The notes below the pieces were generated by a model. It saw only the letters and a program-made list of their open reading frames with translations. It did no database searches and was not told the DNA's origin. The translations under genes were made by a program, and so were the position numbers. This document shows, piece after piece, positions 60,588-64,000 of a stretch of DNA of 64,000 nucleotides; the stretch's first letter is position 1, and each line of letters begins with the position of its first letter. The DNA lies in NCBI GenBank assembly GCA_965216755.1, contig CBDCGL010000011.1, forward strand, positions 4,704,001 through 4,768,000. Direction: 5' to 3'. Origin of the DNA: Alphaproteobacteria bacterium. Its GTDB lineage: Bacteria > Pseudomonadota > Alphaproteobacteria > UBA7887.

Positions 60588-61057
60588 TGATTGGCGCGAT
60601 CGGTCGGCTGCTGATGGGTGGCGGCATGCGCTGGATGCTCATCGCTGCGATTGTCGGCGGCGGCGTCATCTATGGCTGGTGGCAACAACAACGGGTGGCG
60701 AGCTTGCGCGGCCAATTGGCCGTTACCGAGGCCCGTGTCGGTCAAGCCGATGCCGCTTTGGCAAACTTGCTCACGCAACGCGCCGACGAAGCAGAACGAC
60801 TCATAAACTTGCGAAGGAACTTGGCGACAGCCGATGCGGAAAACCAAAGAGCACAAGCGCAGATCGACACGCTGCGGGCAACCATTGAAACCGAACTGGC
60901 GACGGATCCGGATGCATTTGCACGTGGTGCCACTTGCCGTCTTAATCGGATCCTGCACGGCCTCCACCACGCCAGTGGTGGTAACGCCGCCACCGGCGTT
61001 ACCGGTTGCGGCGCCGACGCCGATCCGCCCTTGCGCGGTGACGGTGACCGCAGATAA
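60587..61057 (+). CDS. Rz-like i-spanin
   Basis: N-terminal TM plus coiled coil and C-terminal Cys; overlapped by a lipoprotein gene. Confidence 0.7.
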   Translation: MIGAIGRLLMGGGMRWMLIAAIVGGGVIYGWWQQQRVASLRGQLAVTEARVGQADAALANLLTQRADEAERLINLRRNLATADAENQRAQAQIDTLRATIETELATDPDAFARGATCRLNRILHGLHHASGGNAATGVTGCGADADPPLRGDGDRR

Positions 61058-61175
61058 CTCAACTGTTCGTTTGTCACCACAAGATTGGCTGACCTTGGAA
61101 GCGTGTTTGGCCGACGCCGCGCGCTACGTACGCCAGCTGCGCGATATTCAGGAAATCGAAAATTCGGCGCGTTAG
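60912..61175 (+). CDS. Rz1-like o-spanin lipoprotein
   Basis: Different frame overlapping the Rz 3' end; lipobox LIGSC; Pro-rich. Confidence 0.7.
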   Translation: MHLHVVPLAVLIGSCTASTTPVVVTPPPALPVAAPTPIRPCAVTVTADNSTVRLSPQDWLTLEACLADAARYVRQLRDIQEIENSAR

Positions 61176-61179
61176 TTCG

Positions 61180-61530
61180 GTCGGCGGCAGGATCCCCTCT
61201 GTCAGTGGGCGAAAATGCTGGCGAGGAAGTACCAATATGACGACACATAGAAACCAAGGTCCGGAATGGAAACAAAGAAACCCAGACGGCCAAAAAACAA
61301 ATGGCGAGAATGTTCAAGGCCGATGTGGCGATCATGACCGAACGAATTCTTTCGCATTCAATGAGCATGTAAACATTCGAGACGACAACCATGAAGGCCG
61401 TGACGTAAATCATCGCCCAAAAGGTCAGTGTACCAGGGACCCAAAGCAGATAAGATCGATCAACCGCAAACGGAATGGCGACATTGGTTAGCGTCCACGT
61501 TGTCGATAATTGCCGGTCTACGCGTTCCAT
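61180..61530 (-). CDS. Membrane protein family D, copy 1 (frame runs on antisense to the spanins; true 3' end unclear, possibly degenerate)
   Basis: TW...NV..PF, IYV..F...VSN..M.IE...RS.MI....LN shared with 61567..61959. Confidence 0.45.
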
Positions 61531-61566
61531 CTTCCTTCCCTCAAAAGAAAACGGTTGATTTCCCGC

Positions 61567-61959
61567 TTAGCGATTTGCATGGTGCCACGATAAGGCCCAG
61601 TGTGTCGACTGGAAGTTCGGAAGCAGGACGATCGTGCCAAAGAATCCCGGATGATGTAGGAAAACGAAAGAAGACAGGTTGAGCAACAAGACCAAAATCA
61701 TGAATGATCTACGTGGGCGATGCTCAATTATCATGGCAATATTGCTGACGGTCATAACAAAAACGACAACATAGATGGCCAAAGGATACAGATAATAGTG
61801 AAACGATTCGTGTTTAGACCAGTGAATGACCATAAATGGCAAGACAACGTTCACGATCATCCACGTTGGCGCGAAAGTTAGAGCAGTGTCAGACAATATT
61901 GAACCATTCTGTTCGCGGCCCGGCGTCGCGAGCCGCCCGACTAATGTGGTCGTCCACAT
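61567..61959 (-). CDS. Membrane protein family D, copy 2
   Basis: Hydrophobic, low GC, paralogous to the adjacent ORF. Confidence 0.5.
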   Translation of the reverse strand: MWTTTLVGRLATPGREQNGSILSDTALTFAPTWMIVNVVLPFMVIHWSKHESFHYYLYPLAIYVVVFVMTVSNIAMIIEHRPRRSFMILVLLLNLSSFVFLHHPGFFGTIVLLPNFQSTHWALSWHHANR

Positions 61960-62132
61960 GGATTCTCATTGGGGGTCGCCCGCAGTTTGCGAACCCGCGG
62001 GGCCGGGCGCATTTCCGCCAATCTCGGCGTCGCTGTCCTTGGCCGTATTCCCGATACGCCCCGCGGACAGCGACTTGATCTTGACAGAAATGCGCTGCGG
62101 CAGAATGATTCAATATTGTCTGACACTGCTCT
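61880..62132. repeat. 32-bp inverted repeat pair (61880-61911 / 62101-62132)
   Basis: AGAGCAGTGTCAGACAATATTGAA(C/T)CATTCTG, 31/32 match. Confidence 0.85.
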
Positions 62133-62497
62133 GCAGTGTTGCTGACGTCATGAGAGCGACGACCGTCGATATCTATTTTTCCAATCCGCGCGAACCAAAA
62201 TCTTCAATAACGAACAGCTTTGTGGACGCATTGTCCTGATGCCCGCGCATTGCACCGCTCAAATCCGGACCAAGCGCCAGGAGAATGAAAGCCTGTTCAT
62301 CCAACACAACGGCGCATACCGGCCACTCTCACGCCGCACGCCAAAACGACCGCGACCGGGCAGTCTTTCCAATTCCCCTACGCGCCACCGTAACAGCAAA
62401 CACCTATGTGCACGGCGCCAATAGCCCGGCGATCATGAGTTGACCAATGACGAAATTATAACGGACGCTGTCGCGTATGGGAAGTGATTCGTTCGAT

Positions 62498-63343
62498 TTA
62501 TGTTCCTGTGAATTCCGGTTTGCGTTTTTCGTGAAAGGCTTCGACACCTTCGCGGAAATCGTCGGAACAGCGCAAGCGTCCATAGGCTTGCCCTTCGATC
62601 TCGATGGCGGCGTGCAGCGGCGCGTCTTGGGCGGCGGCGAGCACGCCCTTGATGGTGCGTTGTGCCAGGGGCGAGAATTGGCGCAGTTCTTCGACCAATT
62701 CGTCGGTCGCTTTTTCCAGGGAGTCATCCGTGACGCACGCGGTCACAATACCCCAGGCCTCGGCGGTCTTGGCGGGGAGACGCCGGCTGCGCATGACCAT
62801 GTCCTTGGTGCGTCCCATGCCAATCATATTCAGCAGGCGAGCCGAACCGCCGGAGCCGGGGATCATGCCAATGCGTTGCTCAGGTAATGAAAACACGGCC
62901 GTTTCAGACGCAAGACGAAAATCGCACGCCAGCGAAAGTTCGAAGCCAACGCCAAAGCAGTATCCACGGACGGCCGCGACCACGGGCTTGTGACAACGTT
63001 CTGCAGCAGCGATGTTCCACGCCAATCGCGATACGGTTTCCGGCGTTGCTTCCAAAAACCCGCGGATATCACCACCGCTGGAAAAATTCTTGCCCTCGGC
63101 CCGCACCACGATTACGCGTATGCGGTCGTCACGATCAAGTTCGTCAAAGACGGCGGCGAGTTGGTCGCGCTGCGGCATGCGGACGATATTCAGTGGCGGG
63201 CGGTCAAGAACGATGTCGGCGCGTTGACGATTGGTGTCAAGCTCGACACGAAAACCATCCAAAGTTTCGAGCAATTTCACCCACGCAGTCTTAAGGTTTT
63301 CCGGCACGTTTATTTCCTTTGTTCTGCGAAATCGGTTTGCCAA
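62498..63343 (-). CDS. Enoyl-CoA hydratase/isomerase
   Basis: FSSGGDI, KPVVAAVRGYCFGVGFELSLACDFR, PE..IGMIPG.GG, EKRKP.F.G. Confidence 0.95.
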   Translation of the reverse strand: MANRFRRTKEINVPENLKTAWVKLLETLDGFRVELDTNRQRADIVLDRPPLNIVRMPQRDQLAAVFDELDRDDRIRVIVVRAEGKNFSSGGDIRGFLEATPETVSRLAWNIAAAERCHKPVVAAVRGYCFGVGFELSLACDFRLASETAVFSLPEQRIGMIPGSGGSARLLNMIGMGRTKDMVMRSRRLPAKTAEAWGIVTACVTDDSLEKATDELVEELRQFSPLAQRTIKGVLAAAQDAPLHAAIEIEGQAYGRLRCSDDFREGVEAFHEKRKPEFTGT

Positions 63344-63999
63344 TCCGGTGGTAAAGTCGTGGCTTCGCCAGCCAAAAGCTTGTGACGCAAGAGTTTTCCT
63401 ACAGGCGATCGCGGCAACGCCGCGACAAAGACATACTGCCGCGGGCGCTTGAAATCTGCCAGGGCGGAGGCGCGGCAGTGGCTATCCAGGGCTGCCTGAT
63501 CGACCGCGGCAGCGGGTTTAATATAGGCAGCCACCCGATTTCCCCAGCGCGGATCGGGCAAGCCGACAACGGCCACTTCGGCGACCGCTGGATGCAATGA
63601 CAAAACGTCTTCAACTTCAGTGGGCATAACGTTTTCACCGCCGGTGATGATCATGTCGTCGACGCGCCCGGTGACAAATAAGTCGCCCTCACCGTCGAAA
63701 TAGCCAATGTCGCCGGTAAAGTACCAGCCATGGCGCAGCGCCTTGGCATCGGCGTCCGGCCGGCGCCAATAGCCGCGAAAAGCTTCGTCACTGCCTAGCC
63801 AGGCGATGATTTGTCCTTCGGTGCCCGGGTCGACACGGGCGTTCGGATCATCGCGGTCGAGCGCGACGACGCGGAGACGTTGATTGAGCCCGGCCTTGCC
63901 AGCCGCACCGGGTTTGTCGGCAGCATCTTGTGAGATCGAAAACGTGTAGATCTCGGAAGAGCCGTAGTGATTGACAAACAGGTCTGGTCGAAAGGTGTG
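63310..63999 (-). CDS. AMP-dependent acyl-CoA synthetase, C-terminal part (5' truncated by the window)
   Basis: NHYGSSE, WYFTGDIG, GRVDDMIITGGENV.P.EVE, LPRSPVGK. Confidence 0.93.
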   Translation of the reverse strand, partial: HTFRPDLFVNHYGSSEIYTFSISQDAADKPGAAGKAGLNQRLRVVALDRDDPNARVDPGTEGQIIAWLGSDEAFRGYWRRPDADAKALRHGWYFTGDIGYFDGEGDLFVTGRVDDMIITGGENVMPTEVEDVLSLHPAVAEVAVVGLPDPRWGNRVAAYIKPAAAVDQAALDSHCRASALADFKRPRQYVFVAALPRSPVGKLLRHKLLAGEATTLPPDWQTDFAEQRK

Positions 64000-64000
64000 T

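Larger units (their letters stand above)
35185..62240. mobile_element. Podovirus-like phage-derived element lacking integrase and replication genes (boundaries approximate)
   Basis: Repressor, Q-like gene, head, tail, ejection and lysis modules between host metabolic genes; no att repeat seen. Confidence 0.8.

Noticed and set aside
61933-61946. CCGCCCGACTAATG as an attR copy of the tRNA-Pro 3' end (CCGCCCCGACCAATG)
   Set aside because: Short, gapped and mismatched in GC-rich DNA; no integrase; would implausibly include host metabolic genes

Overview
GC-rich bacterial chromosome segment, probably alphaproteobacterial judging from gene content, with four parts. (1) 1-8.5 kb: the end of an OmpR-type regulator, secreted or outer-membrane hypotheticals, an orphan three-gene phage-like fibre module and tRNA-Pro(TGG). 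(2) 8.8-33.5 kb: a PAS histidine kinase and a denitrification cluster. It contains a porin, a Crp/Fnr (DNR/NnrR-type) regulator, and a CuA-containing heme-copper oxidoreductase whose active-site Tyr is replaced by Gln (eNOR-type NO reductase). That operon also carries heme o synthase, SCO, a cytochrome b-ferredoxin-MvhD fusion and hemerythrin. nirI/nosR-like, nirSECFDLGHJN and cbiX follow, and three TTGAC-N4-(G/A)TCAA boxes are present. (3) About 35.2-62.2 kb: a stripped-down podovirus-like element. A CI-like repressor directly faces a Q-like gene, followed by terminase, portal, scaffold, capsid, tail, ejection and lysis genes, with no visible integrase, cro, replication or recombination genes. 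It carries two Pro-rich proteins that share a 65-aa helical domain but end in different nuclease-like tips. It also has duplicated DUF4265-like immunity candidates, triplicated antisense membrane-protein pairs, a 13-bp repeat array and a cloverleaf-shaped sequence right behind the second toxin. This is the best candidate for an undescribed system: a domesticated, possibly multi-locus, GTA-like or capsid-based polymorphic toxin delivery device. (4) 62.5-64 kb: host enoyl-CoA hydratase and acyl-CoA synthetase. All family assignments come from motif recognition by eye; no searches were run.
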